Translations under genes and position numbers: made by a program
Shown: piece by piece, positions 25,570 through 35,507 of the stretch
How the letters are laid out: every line of letters starts with the position of its first letter
How positions within the stretch are numbered: position 1 is the stretch's first letter
The notes under the pieces: generated by a model
Told to the model about the DNA's origin: nothing
What the model saw: only the letters and a program-made list of their open reading frames with translations
Database searches by the model: none
DNA from: Hadesarchaea archaeon
GTDB lineage: Archaea; Hadarchaeota; Hadarchaeia; Hadarchaeales; WYZ-LMO6
DNA: 54,748 nt
NCBI GenBank assembly: GCA_029259185.1
Contig: JAPDJF010000042.1
Coordinates: forward strand, 1 to 54,748
Direction: 5' to 3'

Positions 25570-26253
25570 ATGGAGGTCGAAAAATTCTTCGTCAAAAAAG
25601 TGATCGAACTCGCTGAGCTGGACGAGTACTTGGAGGAGGAGCTGGAGCATGCCGGGTATGGGGGGGTGGAGATAGGGAGGATCCCCACGGGGACGAGGGT
25701 GACTTTGTACGTGGAGCGTCCCGGGGCGGTCATAGGTAAAAAGGGAAGGACGATTCAGGAGCTCACGGATGAATTGGCGCAGAGGTTTGGGATGGAGAAT
25801 CCCCAGGTGGAGGTGGTGGGGATCGAAAAGCCGGAGCTTAACGCGCAGATAATGGCGAAACGGATAGCCTTTGCGCTGGAGAGGGGATCACGGGTGAGAT
25901 CAATCGGTCATGCCTTTCTGCGCAGGATAATGGAGGCGGGAGCAAGGGGGGCCGAGATAGTCATTTCGGGAAAGATAGTCGGTGAAAGAGCTAGGAGGGT
26001 GAGGTTCTACCAAGGATACTTGAGCAAAGCCGGTGAACCTGCGGAGAAACTCGTGAGCAGGGGCTACGCCTATGCCAAGCTTCCTCCGGGGGTGGTTGGA
26101 GTGAAGGTGCGGATAATGCCACCGGTTCCGACGCCGGATGAGATAAGGATCGGACCGGAGGAGCCAGAGGGGGAGGCACTTCGGGTGACGGAAACGGGTG
26201 GAGAACCCGAAGAGAAAGTGGAGGGAAAGGATGGCGGTGCTGAGGGCGGATGA
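25570..26253 (+). CDS. rps3: 30S ribosomal protein uS3
   Basis: KH motif RPGAVIGKKG; GARGAEIVISGK; GVVGVKVRI. Confidence 0.98.
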   Translation: MEVEKFFVKKVIELAELDEYLEEELEHAGYGGVEIGRIPTGTRVTLYVERPGAVIGKKGRTIQELTDELAQRFGMENPQVEVVGIEKPELNAQIMAKRIAFALERGSRVRSIGHAFLRRIMEAGARGAEIVISGKIVGERARRVRFYQGYLSKAGEPAEKLVSRGYAYAKLPPGVVGVKVRIMPPVPTPDEIRIGPEEPEGEALRVTETGGEPEEKVEGKDGGAEGG

Positions 26254-26443
26254 AGTGAGGAGCATGAGTCTAGATGAGCTTAAGGCTAAGCTCCGTGAGT
26301 TACGTGCGGAACTCGCTAGAGAGAGGGCGATGGCTAGGGGTGGAACTTCGTCCGACAACCCGATGAAAACGAGGGAACTGCGACGCACGATAGCAAGGAT
26401 TTTAACCATAATAAGAGAAAAAGAAAAGGTGAAAGTTCACTGA
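26231..26443 (+). CDS. rpl29: 50S ribosomal protein uL29
   Basis: MAVLRADEVR...RRTIARILT. Confidence 0.96.
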   Translation: MAVLRADEVRSMSLDELKAKLRELRAELARERAMARGGTSSDNPMKTRELRRTIARILTIIREKEKVKVH

Positions 26444-26754
26444 TGCAGGAGATTTGCCCGCGGTGTGGTCTTCCCAAAGAGCTTTGTGTCTGCAGGGAGA
26501 TAGCACGAGAACAGCAGAAGATAACGGTTTATTCAATTAATCGGAAGTTCGGAAAAACGGTGACCATAATAGAGGGGATAGATGAAAAGGGGAAGGATTT
26601 GAAGGAATTGACGAAGAAACTCAAGTCGAGGATGGCATGCGGTGGAACCGTCAAGAACGGGGTCATCGAACTCCAAGGTGACCACAAGGACAAGATAAAG
26701 GATGTATTGATCGAAATGGGTTTTTTGCCTGATTCCATCGATATCAGAGAGTGA
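26443..26754 (+). CDS. SUI1/aIF1 translation initiation factor
   Basis: CxxCGLP..LCVC; ACGGTVK; IELQGDH. Confidence 0.96.
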   Translation: MQEICPRCGLPKELCVCREIAREQQKITVYSINRKFGKTVTIIEGIDEKGKDLKELTKKLKSRMACGGTVKNGVIELQGDHKDKIKDVLIEMGFLPDSIDIRE

Positions 26755-26756
26755 GC

Positions 26757-27026
26757 ATGCCGATAACCAAGCACAACTTCATGCGTCATGAGCTGATAGG
26801 GTTGGAGGTGGTGGTCTTGGAAAGCTCGGATCCGAGTCTTAAGTCTCTCAAGGGTATCGTAGTAGATGAGACCAAAAACATGCTCAAGATCGAGGCGGGG
26901 GAAAAAGTAAAAAGCGTTCCAAAATCAGTAGTCCATCTGAGGTTCACCTTGCCCAATGGAGAAGATGTGGAGATAGAAGGGATCAGATTGGTTGGAAGGC
27001 CGGAAGATAGGGTGAGGAGAGGATGA
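26757..27026 (+). CDS. rnp1: RNase P protein component 1 (Rpp29)
   Basis: [17 protein letters not shown] and RPEDR motifs. Confidence 0.95.
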   Translation: MPITKHNFMRHELIGLEVVVLESSDPSLKSLKGIVVDETKNMLKIEAGEKVKSVPKSVVHLRFTLPNGEDVEIEGIRLVGRPEDRVRRG

Positions 27027-27355
27027 AGGTGGAAAGGACGGTGCTTGGCGTCAAACCTCCGGGCGAATCGTGCTCCGATCCTAGGTGCCCATTCCACGGT
27101 ACCCTCTCGGTTAGGGGGAGGGTTCTGGAGGGGACAGTCATCAGCGATAGGAGGGCGAAGACGGTAACGGTTGAAATCCCCCGTGTACACAGGGTGCGAA
27201 AATACGAGAGATTCGAGAAGAGGACCTCGAAGTTGCATGCTCACAATCCTCCTTGCATAAACGCACGCGTCGGGGACAGGGTCAGGATAGCCGAATGCAG
27301 AAGATTGAGTAAAACCAAATCCTTTGTCGTGATTCAGAGGGAAAAGGGGGCTTGA
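27023..27355 (+). CDS. rps17: 30S ribosomal protein uS17
   Basis: CPFHG; [13 protein letters not shown]. Confidence 0.98.
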   Translation: MKVERTVLGVKPPGESCSDPRCPFHGTLSVRGRVLEGTVISDRRAKTVTVEIPRVHRVRKYERFEKRTSKLHAHNPPCINARVGDRVRIAECRRLSKTKSFVVIQREKGA

Positions 27356-27356
27356 G

Positions 27357-27785
27357 ATGGGCAAGAGGGCAGTCGCCACAGCTTCGATCGGAGCGAGTCC
27401 CGTGACCCCCGTGCGTGCACTTCCGATCGGTGCGAGGCTCGTCTGTGCGGATAACACCGGGGCCAAGGAGGTCCAGATAATTTCGGTCGTCGGGTATAAG
27501 GGAAGGAGGAGAAGACTAGCGTCTGCGGGGGTCGGAGATCAAGTGGTGGTATCGGTTAAAAAAGGTACACCCGAATTCCGGAAACAGATAATGCGGGCGG
27601 TGGTGGTAAGGCAGAAAAAACCGTACAGGCGTATCGATGGGATGAGGGTGAAGTTCGAGGACAACGCGGCCGTGATCATAACCACGGAGGGAACACCAAA
27701 AGGGTCGGAGATCAGAGGGCCGATAGCGAGGGAAGCTGCTGAGCGCTGGCCGAAGATAGCGGGGATAGCATCGATGGTGGTTTAG
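27357..27785 (+). CDS. rpl14: 50S ribosomal protein uL14
   Basis: CADNTGAK; FEDNAAVI. Confidence 0.98.
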   Translation: MGKRAVATASIGASPVTPVRALPIGARLVCADNTGAKEVQIISVVGYKGRRRRLASAGVGDQVVVSVKKGTPEFRKQIMRAVVVRQKKPYRRIDGMRVKFEDNAAVIITTEGTPKGSEIRGPIAREAAERWPKIAGIASMVV

Positions 27786-28141
27786 TGAAGAGCAGACAAC
27801 CGAGGAGGCAAAGGTTGGAGCTTTACACCCTCCCCCTTCACCGAAGACGTAAGCAGCTTGCGGCTCCCCTGAGTAAAGAGCTGCGGGAGAAGTTTCGTAG
27901 ACGTTCCCTCCCGGTAAGAAAAGGTGACAGGGTGAGGATCATGCGGGGGGACTTCAAGAAGCTGGAAGGAGAAGTGCTGGAAGTGGATACGAAGAGGAGG
28001 GCGATAGTCGTGGAGGGTGTGACGATAAGAAAAATAGACGGATCAGAGGTGCCCCGGAGGCTCCACCCCTCCAACGTGATGATCACCAGACTCGCCACCG
28101 ACGAACGGAGAGAGAAATCACTCAAGAGGAAAATCTCATGA
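27785..28141 (+). CDS. rpl24: 50S ribosomal protein uL24
   Basis: KOW motif [12 protein letters not shown]; HPSNVMI. Confidence 0.97.
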   Translation: MKSRQPRRQRLELYTLPLHRRRKQLAAPLSKELREKFRRRSLPVRKGDRVRIMRGDFKKLEGEVLEVDTKRRAIVVEGVTIRKIDGSEVPRRLHPSNVMITRLATDERREKSLKRKIS

Positions 28142-28196
28142 AGGATGTTGGTGGCGAAATGGCATCGAATCTGAAAGGTTCAGAGTGGGAGGAAAG

Positions 28197-28856
28197 ATGC
28201 GTATAGATCTTCATGTTCACTCGTTACTGAGTGACGGCGAGGTTTTACCCAGCGAACTCGCTAAGAGGGCTGAGGAGAAGGGCCATGTGGCCATAGCCAT
28301 CACCGACCACGTGGACGGTTCGAATCTAGAGACCATCGTTCCTCAAGTGGTGAGGGCTGCTGAAGAGTTGAATCGTTACATGCGGATCAAAGTGATTCCC
28401 GGGGTTGAGCTCACCCACCTCCCTCCCCGGAGCATCCGGAGAATGGCCAAGTTAGCACGGGAGCTGGGAGCGGCAGTAGTCGTCGTTCATGGGGAAACTC
28501 CGGTTGAACCCGTGGCGAAGGGGACGAATGAGGCAGCCCTGGCATGCGGTGATGTAGACATACTGGCGCACCCGGGTTTTCTGACGCTTCGGCAAGCGGA
28601 ACGTGCTAGGGATTCTGGGGTCTACCTAGAACTGACTTCGAGGAGGGGGCATTGTCTTGCCAATGGGTGGGTTGCCAAAGTTGCACTCAGTGCAGGAGCA
28701 ATGCTTCTCGTAAATACGGATGCTCACGCTCCAGAGGAACTCCTCACGTTTGAGGAAGCGATGGATGTGGCGATGGGTGCGGGGTTGGATAGGAACGAAT
28801 CCAGGAAGGTGGTTGTCAAGAATCCGAAAAATTTTATCAGGGAGCTGGGATGGTGA
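28197..28856 (+). CDS. PHP-family phosphoesterase, probable histidinol-phosphatase
   Basis: DLHVHS..SDG, ITDH, GVELTH, LAHPG and NTDAH metal ligands; first gene of the his cluster. Confidence 0.8.
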   Translation: MRIDLHVHSLLSDGEVLPSELAKRAEEKGHVAIAITDHVDGSNLETIVPQVVRAAEELNRYMRIKVIPGVELTHLPPRSIRRMAKLARELGAAVVVVHGETPVEPVAKGTNEAALACGDVDILAHPGFLTLRQAERARDSGVYLELTSRRGHCLANGWVAKVALSAGAMLLVNTDAHAPEELLTFEEAMDVAMGAGLDRNESRKVVVKNPKNFIRELGW

Positions 28857-29929
28857 GAGCACTTTCGATCAGAACGAGAAGACTTTTGAGATCCGGAAAA
28901 CCGTATCCCTTCGCTGGGGGGTATGGGGAGACGGCTAGGGGGCTCATCAACATGGCCTCCAATGAAAGTCCGTTCGGCCCCTCCCCGTCCGTCTTGAAGG
29001 CGATTAGGAGAGCGGTTTCGTTGATAGGATTTTATCCCGATCCAGGAGTCGATGGATTAAAGAAGAAGGTGGCAGGATATTTGGGAATAGGGAGCGACCA
29101 CCTAGTTTTCGGGAATGGTTCAGATGAGCTCATCGATATCGTTTGTAAATCCTTTCTGGACATGGGAGACAAAGTTTTGATTCCCCTCCCGACCTTCAGT
29201 TTCTACGAGATAGCGAGCAGGGTGAACGGAGGGGTCCCGAAGTTCATGAAGCTCCGGGGCTTCCGCTGGGATTCAAGGGAACTCGTTTCTGCTGCTAAGG
29301 ATGTGAAACTTGTTTTCATCGGGAGACCCAACAATCCAACTGGGAATGGGGTGGACGTGGGGGGTATTGAGGATTTGCTCGATGCGGGCAAGGTAGTGGT
29401 TGTGGATGAAGCTTACGCAGAGTTTGCTGGGTACTCGGTCATCGGTCTGGTGAGGAGAAGAGAGAACTTGGTCGTGCTCAGAACTTTTTCGAAAGCTTTT
29501 GGTTTGGCCGGTCTGCGCGTAGGGTACGCGGTGGCTCACCCCAACATCGCCGAGGTGTTTGAGAGAATTCGGCAGCCATTCAGCGTCAACGTGCTTGCAC
29601 AGGTCGCGGCTGAGCGAGCCCTGCTTGACCAAAGATACCTGCGGTGGGTGGTGTCCGAGGTTAGGAGGGGGAGAGAATACTTGTACGAGGAGCTGTCCGG
29701 ATTAGGGATGCGCGTCCTGCCTTCGGATGCGAATTTCTTGATGGCCAACGTCTCCAACTTTGGAATGGGGGCTCGTGAGTTCTGTGATTTTCTCCTCGAA
29801 CATGGCATCTTGGTGAGGGATCTTTCAGGTTTCAGAGGTATTGGCCCGGATTGGGTCAGGATAACGGTGGGAACTAGAGAGCAAAACGAAAAACTCATAC
29901 ACGTGCTCAAAAAATTGGAGCAGAGGTGA
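28850..29929 (+). CDS. hisC: Histidinol-phosphate aminotransferase
   Basis: GNGSDELI, PNNPTG, DEAY and RTFSKAFGLAGLRVGY motifs. Confidence 0.95.
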   Translation: MVRALSIRTRRLLRSGKPYPFAGGYGETARGLINMASNESPFGPSPSVLKAIRRAVSLIGFYPDPGVDGLKKKVAGYLGIGSDHLVFGNGSDELIDIVCKSFLDMGDKVLIPLPTFSFYEIASRVNGGVPKFMKLRGFRWDSRELVSAAKDVKLVFIGRPNNPTGNGVDVGGIEDLLDAGKVVVVDEAYAEFAGYSVIGLVRRRENLVVLRTFSKAFGLAGLRVGYAVAHPNIAEVFERIRQPFSVNVLAQVAAERALLDQRYLRWVVSEVRRGREYLYEELSGLGMRVLPSDANFLMANVSNFGMGAREFCDFLLEHGILVRDLSGFRGIGPDWVRITVGTREQNEKLIHVLKKLEQR

Positions 29930-29933
29930 TGGT

Positions 29934-30800
29934 GTGAAGTTAAAGATAAGCGTACCCAAAGGGCATCTGGAGGAGCCGAGTGTTAGGTTACTTCAGACTT
30001 CAGGTATAGGAGTGCTCGGGAGGGATAGCAGGCAACTCTTCGCACGGACCAATGATCCCGATATCGAACTCGTGTTCGTGAGGGCTGAAGATATCCCTGA
30101 CTTCGTAAGTGGGGGTGCTACCGATTTGGGCATAACGGGTCATGACTTGGTGTGTGAGAACGAAAGGGAGAACGAGGTAGTGGAGCTTCTCGACTTAGGC
30201 TATGGGTTCACCCGGATGGTAATCGCAGCAGCTGAGGGGACTGGAATAAATTCTCCAACTGATTACAGGGAAGGAATGAGAGTGGCGACCGAATTCCCGA
30301 ACCTGACCCGTCGTTACTTCACCAAGAAGGGGGTGAAAGTTGAGGTGGTCGATATCACGGGTGCTGCGGAGATCGCTCCCTTGATCGGGGTGGCCGATCT
30401 GATAGTGGATGTCACGAGCACCGGGACCACACTTCGAACCCACCGTCTTAAAGTCGTTGACACGATCTTGGAGAGCACGGCAAGGCTCGTAGCGAATCCC
30501 GAGAGCTTGAAAATGAAGCGCGAGAAAATCGAGGAAGTCAAGACGGCGCTTCAAAGCGTGATCGCAGCCGAAGGAAAAAAGCTGATTCTTTTGAACCTCC
30601 CGGAGTCAAAGCTGGATGAGATAAAGAGGGTGCTGCCGGGAATGGCGGGGCCAACGGTTTCGAGGGTTGAGTCTGAAGAACCGATGCTGGCGATCCAAGT
30701 GGTGGTTGACGGGGCGGAGGTCTACCGCATAGTCAGAGCGGTAAAGCGGATGGGTGCAAGGGACATCCTCGTCGTCCCGATAGAAAGGATCCTCCCGTAG
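29934..30800 (+). CDS. hisG: ATP phosphoribosyltransferase (long form)
   Basis: VPKG, DLGITGHD, ATEFP and DVTSTGTTL motifs; C-terminal regulatory domain. Confidence 0.96.
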   Translation: MKLKISVPKGHLEEPSVRLLQTSGIGVLGRDSRQLFARTNDPDIELVFVRAEDIPDFVSGGATDLGITGHDLVCENERENEVVELLDLGYGFTRMVIAAAEGTGINSPTDYREGMRVATEFPNLTRRYFTKKGVKVEVVDITGAAEIAPLIGVADLIVDVTSTGTTLRTHRLKVVDTILESTARLVANPESLKMKREKIEEVKTALQSVIAAEGKKLILLNLPESKLDEIKRVLPGMAGPTVSRVESEEPMLAIQVVVDGAEVYRIVRAVKRMGARDILVVPIERILP

Positions 30801-31526
30801 GTGCAGGTCTTGCTCGTCGTGCCCAGCGTAGATATCCGCAGGGGGCGATGTGTTCAGCTAAGAGGAGGGAGACTGGCAGAGGAAAAAATCTATGGAGATC
30901 CAATCGAGTGGGCGGAGAGATGGGTGGGAGAGGGAGCACCACTGCTTCATGTGGTAGACTTAGATGCGGCGATGGGCAATGGGGACAATCTCGAAGTCAT
31001 TCTAAAGCTCTTAGACGAGGTCGACGTTGAAGTGCAGGTTGGTGGTGGGGTGCGTTCGCTGGACCGCGCCGAAGAACTCGTTAAGGGGGGGGCGAGTAGG
31101 GTGATCGTTGGAACACTCGCTGTGAAGAATCCGGATCTCGTGCGAGAGTTCGTGGAAGTACTCGGAGGGAAAAGGGTAATGGTCGCGGTAGATGCTAGGT
31201 CGGGGAAGGTCGTGATAGAGGGGTGGCGGGAGCAGACGGGTCGAAGTGTTGTTGAGATGGCGAAGGAGTTCGAGGGTGTGGGGGTGGGCTATTTACTCTT
31301 TACCGATGTGGATGTGGAGGGTAGTATGGGGGGGCTCGGCAGGGAACGCATTCGCGAACTCGTAGCTTCGGTGCACATCCCCGTTTTCGCGTCCGGGGGG
31401 GTCGGCTCACTTAGAGACATACGCGTAGCCAAAGCTACAGGGATAGCAGGGCTCGTGGTGGGCACAGCTCTTTACGAGGGAAAGTTCACGTTAAAACAGG
31501 CTATGGAGGTAATTCGATGCGGATGA
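30801..31526 (+). CDS. hisA: ProFAR isomerase
   Basis: PSVDIRRGRCVQL, LHVVDLD, QVGGGVRS and ASGGV motifs. Confidence 0.95.
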   Translation: MQVLLVVPSVDIRRGRCVQLRGGRLAEEKIYGDPIEWAERWVGEGAPLLHVVDLDAAMGNGDNLEVILKLLDEVDVEVQVGGGVRSLDRAEELVKGGASRVIVGTLAVKNPDLVREFVEVLGGKRVMVAVDARSGKVVIEGWREQTGRSVVEMAKEFEGVGVGYLLFTDVDVEGSMGGLGRERIRELVASVHIPVFASGGVGSLRDIRVAKATGIAGLVVGTALYEGKFTLKQAMEVIRCG

Positions 31527-32095
31527 GAAGATGTGAGATGGGGAGGAAAACCAAGGAAACGTTTGTGAAGGTGAACCTGAACTTGGATGGTTCGGGTAAA
31601 GTCGAGGTGAACACAGGGATTAAGTTCCTAGACCACATGCTCGCGAGCTTCGCCAAGCACGGGTGCCTTGACCTCAAGGTGGAGGCGGCAGGAGACATGA
31701 AACATCACGTGGCCGAGGACGTGATGATCGTACTCGGAAAGTGTGTCGAGAGGGCGTTGGGGAATAGAGAAGGGATAAGGCGGATTGGGGATGCTATCGT
31801 CCCGATGGACGATGCTTTGGTGCTCTTGGCTTTGGACCTTAGTGGTAGAGGATATTCGTGCGTGGAGGTTAAGTTCAGGGGCAAGAGGCTGGAGGATATG
31901 GATAGTGAGTTGGTGGAGCATCTGCTCCATACTTTTGCCGTGAACGGCCGTCTCAATCTGCACGTGCGCGTGTTGAGTGGAAGGAACGATCATCATAAGG
32001 CAGAGGCGATCTTCAAAGCTCTGGGCTTGGCATTCCAACAAGCTGTCCACAAGTGGGGGATAAAGGGTGTCCCGAGCACGAAGGGAGTGGTGTAG
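31517..32095 (+). CDS. hisB: Imidazoleglycerol-phosphate dehydratase (monofunctional)
   Basis: FLDHML, HHVAED, PMDDA, NDHHKAEAIFKA and PSTKG motifs. Confidence 0.96.
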   Translation: MRMRRCEMGRKTKETFVKVNLNLDGSGKVEVNTGIKFLDHMLASFAKHGCLDLKVEAAGDMKHHVAEDVMIVLGKCVERALGNREGIRRIGDAIVPMDDALVLLALDLSGRGYSCVEVKFRGKRLEDMDSELVEHLLHTFAVNGRLNLHVRVLSGRNDHHKAEAIFKALGLAFQQAVHKWGIKGVPSTKGVV

Positions 32096-33417
32096 TGTTT
32101 CGAACGATTGACCTCGGGAAGAACCCTGGGGTTAGGCAGAGGTTGGTGGATAAGTCCCGACCGAGCTTGAATGTCGTGATTCCAAAAGTGAGACGAATAA
32201 TAGAAATGGTTCGGAGGGAGGGAGATGCGGCCCTCCTCGAACTCACCAAGAAATACGACCGGGTAATGCTAAAACGAGGAGAAATTCGGGTGAGCAAGGA
32301 TGAAATAGAATCCTCTTACGACGAGATCGATCCGGGGGTCTTGTCGGCCATCCGGGAGGCCGCCGAGATAATCAGACACTATCACTCTAAGCAACTTCCC
32401 AAGGAATGGAACACCGAAGTTGTCCCAGGGGTCAGGGCTGGGCAGATACTTCGTCCCTTGGATAGGGTTGGGATATACATACCCGGTGGGTTGGCGAGGT
32501 ATCCCTCTACCGCCCTTCACACGATCGTTCCAGCCAAGGTCGCAGGAGTGGAGCACATCGTGGTATGTACTCCCCCTAGCCGAGATGGGAGGATAGACCC
32601 AGTTACATTGGTGGCTATAGATATAGCGGGAGGTGGAGAGGTTTACAGGGTAGGCGGGCCCCAAGCGATAGCCGCCATGGCGTGGGGAACGGAGACGATT
32701 CCTAGGGTGGACAAGATTGTCGGACCGGGGAATGTGTATGTGACGGTAGCCAAACTCTTGGTTTCGGTGAGAGTGGGAATAGATTTCCCCGCGGGACCCA
32801 CCGAACTCGTGATCCTGGCGGACTCTTCTGCTGATCCCGCATGGGTGGCATGGGATATGGTGGCACAAGCTGAGCATGACCCCAACGCGACGGTCATCCT
32901 CCTGACACCGTCCAGAAAGCTCGCGTTCCGGGTGCTCGAGAGGATAAATGGAATTTTGAAGGAACTCCCGAAGGCGAAGGCGGTGCGAACAGCCATTCAC
33001 AGGCATGGGGGGTTCGTGGTCACGAAGAGTCTAGCGGATGCGATAAAGTTCGTGAACGAGTATGCCCCAGAGCACCTCCAGTTGATGATCCGGAACCCCC
33101 GAGAGGTTTTGAGGTATGTGAGGAGCGCTGGAACGATCTTGTTGGGACGATGGTCCCCACCAGCCGCTGGAGATTTCGCCGTCGGTCCGAGTCACGTTCT
33201 TCCCACCGGAGGGGTAGCCCGGTGGAGGGGGGGTTTGACGGTGCTCGATTTTCTCAAGTTCTTGAGTATCCAAGAGTTGAGTCGAAATGGTTTGAGGAGG
33301 ATAGCACCGATTGCGGAGAAGATAGCAGAGGCGGAAGGATTACATGCGCATGCATGGAGCGTGCGGAGGGAAGTGTTATCAGCCACCCCAGTGAAAGGGA
33401 CTCGTAGGGGCCCATGA
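32095..33417 (+). CDS. hisD: Histidinol dehydrogenase
   Basis: GIYIPGG, VGPGN, AGPTE, AQAEHD, APEHL and GPSHVLPT motifs. Confidence 0.96.
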   Translation: MFRTIDLGKNPGVRQRLVDKSRPSLNVVIPKVRRIIEMVRREGDAALLELTKKYDRVMLKRGEIRVSKDEIESSYDEIDPGVLSAIREAAEIIRHYHSKQLPKEWNTEVVPGVRAGQILRPLDRVGIYIPGGLARYPSTALHTIVPAKVAGVEHIVVCTPPSRDGRIDPVTLVAIDIAGGGEVYRVGGPQAIAAMAWGTETIPRVDKIVGPGNVYVTVAKLLVSVRVGIDFPAGPTELVILADSSADPAWVAWDMVAQAEHDPNATVILLTPSRKLAFRVLERINGILKELPKAKAVRTAIHRHGGFVVTKSLADAIKFVNEYAPEHLQLMIRNPREVLRYVRSAGTILLGRWSPPAAGDFAVGPSHVLPTGGVARWRGGLTVLDFLKFLSIQELSRNGLRRIAPIAEKIAEAEGLHAHAWSVRREVLSATPVKGTRRGP

Positions 33418-33477
33418 TGTTCGGGAGTCGATTCTCCTCTCAACCTTTTTTCAGAGGAGGTCCTCGAGGTGGTTGAG

Positions 33478-33930
33478 ATGAGGCTGACACCAGCCGAAGC
33501 CAAAGCTATCGTTAAACGGATAAAGCTTTCTGAAGGGTTCGTGACGGCGGTTGTCCAAGACTGGAGAACAGGGGAAGTACTGATGGTGGGCCACCAAAAC
33601 GAGGAGGCGGTCATCAAAACCCTCACGAGTGGTTTGATGCACTACTGGAGCCGCTCTCGGAATAAGCTTTGGTTGAAGGGAGAGGTCTCCGGTCATCACC
33701 AAGAACTCAAGGCGGTGAGGGTCGATTGTGATGGAGATGCCCTTCTGTACAGGGTCGAGCAGATCGGAGGGGCTTGTCATGAAGGGTACAGGTCGTGTTT
33801 CTATCGCGAGCTCAGGGGGGGCAAACTCGTGCACGTGCTTAAACGAGTCTTCAGGCCGGAGGATGTGTACGGGGATAAACCGAGTCGGAGGAAATCGTCG
33901 AGGTCCCGGCGGGATCCCCCCTTCGTTTAA
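33478..33930 (+). CDS. hisI: Phosphoribosyl-AMP cyclohydrolase
   Basis: YWSRSR..LWLKGE.SGH, DCDGD and ACHEGYRSCF motifs. Confidence 0.96.
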   Translation: MRLTPAEAKAIVKRIKLSEGFVTAVVQDWRTGEVLMVGHQNEEAVIKTLTSGLMHYWSRSRNKLWLKGEVSGHHQELKAVRVDCDGDALLYRVEQIGGACHEGYRSCFYRELRGGKLVHVLKRVFRPEDVYGDKPSRRKSSRSRRDPPFV

Positions 33931-34116
33931 CCGATGCGGGCGGGAAGTTCGAAAGGGAGGGGATGAGAGCCCGCAATTCATATATACACTTTTGGTGACA
34001 TATTTTGTCGGGGACGCCTCTGGGACAGAGGTCTCCGTAAAGGGTCCCGTGCTGGAGTTCCCCAAGCCGTGAAGGCACGGTCGGAGAAGCTCCTTCCGTG
34101 AGGAGGGGTAGTTCAC
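33931..34116 (+). mobile_element. Non-autonomous IS200/IS605-derived mini-element (~186 bp) with omegaRNA-like scaffold, copy 1
   Basis: Follows TTTAA. Left-end motif GGAAGTTC..GGGAGGGGATGA; internal hairpins; right-end hairpin TCCTTCC-GTGA-GGAGGGG then TAGTTCAC. Near-identical to 54632-54748. Confidence 0.85.
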
Positions 34117-34298
34117 TAAAGACCGCTCACCAAATGGTAAAGATATGAACGTGCTTCCCTATGGGCTTCCGATGGGGCTTGTTGAAAACCACCCCCCAAA
34201 GATCCTAAGGTTTGAGATGAGGTTCTCCGCGAGCGGAATCGTCAACGTTCGGGCTCCGTCTCCCCGGGGTAAGGGGCGGCTCAGGAGGGTTTGAGAAG

Positions 34299-35507
34299 TT
34301 GGGTAGCAGGGGCTTGAAGTACATCGTAGTGCTCGGGGACGGGATGGCCGATCACCCGGTCAGGAAGTTGGGCGGTAAGACTCCATTGGAAGTGGCGCAT
34401 AAACCAAACATGGATTCGATAGCGAGGGAGGGAAGGATGGGTGTCTTGAAAACCGTTCCGAATGGCATGCCTCCGGGTTCGGATGTGGCCAATCTCTCAA
34501 TACTCGGTTATAAACCGGAATGCTGTTACACCGGTAGAGGTCCACTCGAAGCAGCTGACATGGGGATAAAGCTGGGTGCCAAAGATGTAGCCTTTAGGTG
34601 TAATCTGATCACTGAAAGAGAAGGGAGGATGCACGACTACTCAGCGGGCCACATAACCACCGAGGAGGCGAGGGAACTCATAAAGGAGCTCGGCCGTAGG
34701 TTCAGGATAGGAGAGTTCTATCCGGGCATCACCTACAGGCACATATTCGTACTTAGAAATTGTAATCCGGAAATACAAACAGATCCGCCCCACGAGATCC
34801 CTGGTGAACCCATCTCAGAGCATATGATCAGACCCCGAATGAACGAGGTGGCCAAAAAGCTGAATAAGTTGATGTTGGATTCTAGGAAAGTTCTTTCGAG
34901 CCACATCGTGAACTTGGTGAGGGAAAAACAGGGAAAGAATCCCGCGAACATGATATGGCTTTGGAGCCATGGAAAAAGACCCAAACTCGAAAGCTTCAAG
35001 AAAAAATACGGGCTGAGGGCGGCAATGATCTCGGCAGTTCCCCTCATAAGGGGGATAGGGGTGTACACAAAGATGAGCATAATAAACGTTCCCGGAGCGA
35101 CCGGATACTTCGACACGAACTACGAGGGAAAAGCCGTTTACGCCTTAAAAGCACTGGAGGATCACGATTTCGTGTACTTGCACGTCGAAGCCCCCGATGA
35201 GGCAGGACACGAAGGTGATCTAGAGATGAAAATAAAGACGATAGAAGACTTGGATCGGCGGTTGATCGGGCACCTGCTCGACGGACTCCCGGAGAACTCT
35301 AGGATAGCCGTCCTTCCTGATCATCCTACTCCGATTGAGGTTAAAACCCATGTGGCAGAGCCCGTTCCCTTCGCGGTGTACGGTCCGGGTCTGAAGGGGG
35401 ACGGGTTGAGTTTCACGGAGAAAAATGGCAGGCGGGGTTCGGTGGGGTTCTTGGTCGGCGATCAGTTCATGCGGTTTCTCTTCCAAAAAGTTAAAACTCC
35501 TGCATAG
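34299..35507 (+). CDS. apgM: Cofactor-independent phosphoglycerate mutase (archaeal type)
   Basis: [33 protein letters not shown] and PDHPTP motifs. Confidence 0.93.
   Translation: MGSRGLKYIVVLGDGMADHPVRKLGGKTPLEVAHKPNMDSIAREGRMGVLKTVPNGMPPGSDVANLSILGYKPECCYTGRGPLEAADMGIKLGAKDVAFRCNLITEREGRMHDYSAGHITTEEARELIKELGRRFRIGEFYPGITYRHIFVLRNCNPEIQTDPPHEIPGEPISEHMIRPRMNEVAKKLNKLMLDSRKVLSSHIVNLVREKQGKNPANMIWLWSHGKRPKLESFKKKYGLRAAMISAVPLIRGIGVYTKMSIINVPGATGYFDTNYEGKAVYALKALEDHDFVYLHVEAPDEAGHEGDLEMKIKTIEDLDRRLIGHLLDGLPENSRIAVLPDHPTPIEVKTHVAEPVPFAVYGPGLKGDGLSFTEKNGRRGSVGFLVGDQFMRFLFQKVKTPA

Noticed and set aside
34117-34298. Gene interrupted by the mini-element, or SRP/RNase P RNA
   Set aside because: Rejoining the flanks gives an open frame with no recognisable similarity, and SRP helix-8 and RNase P P4 motifs are absent.
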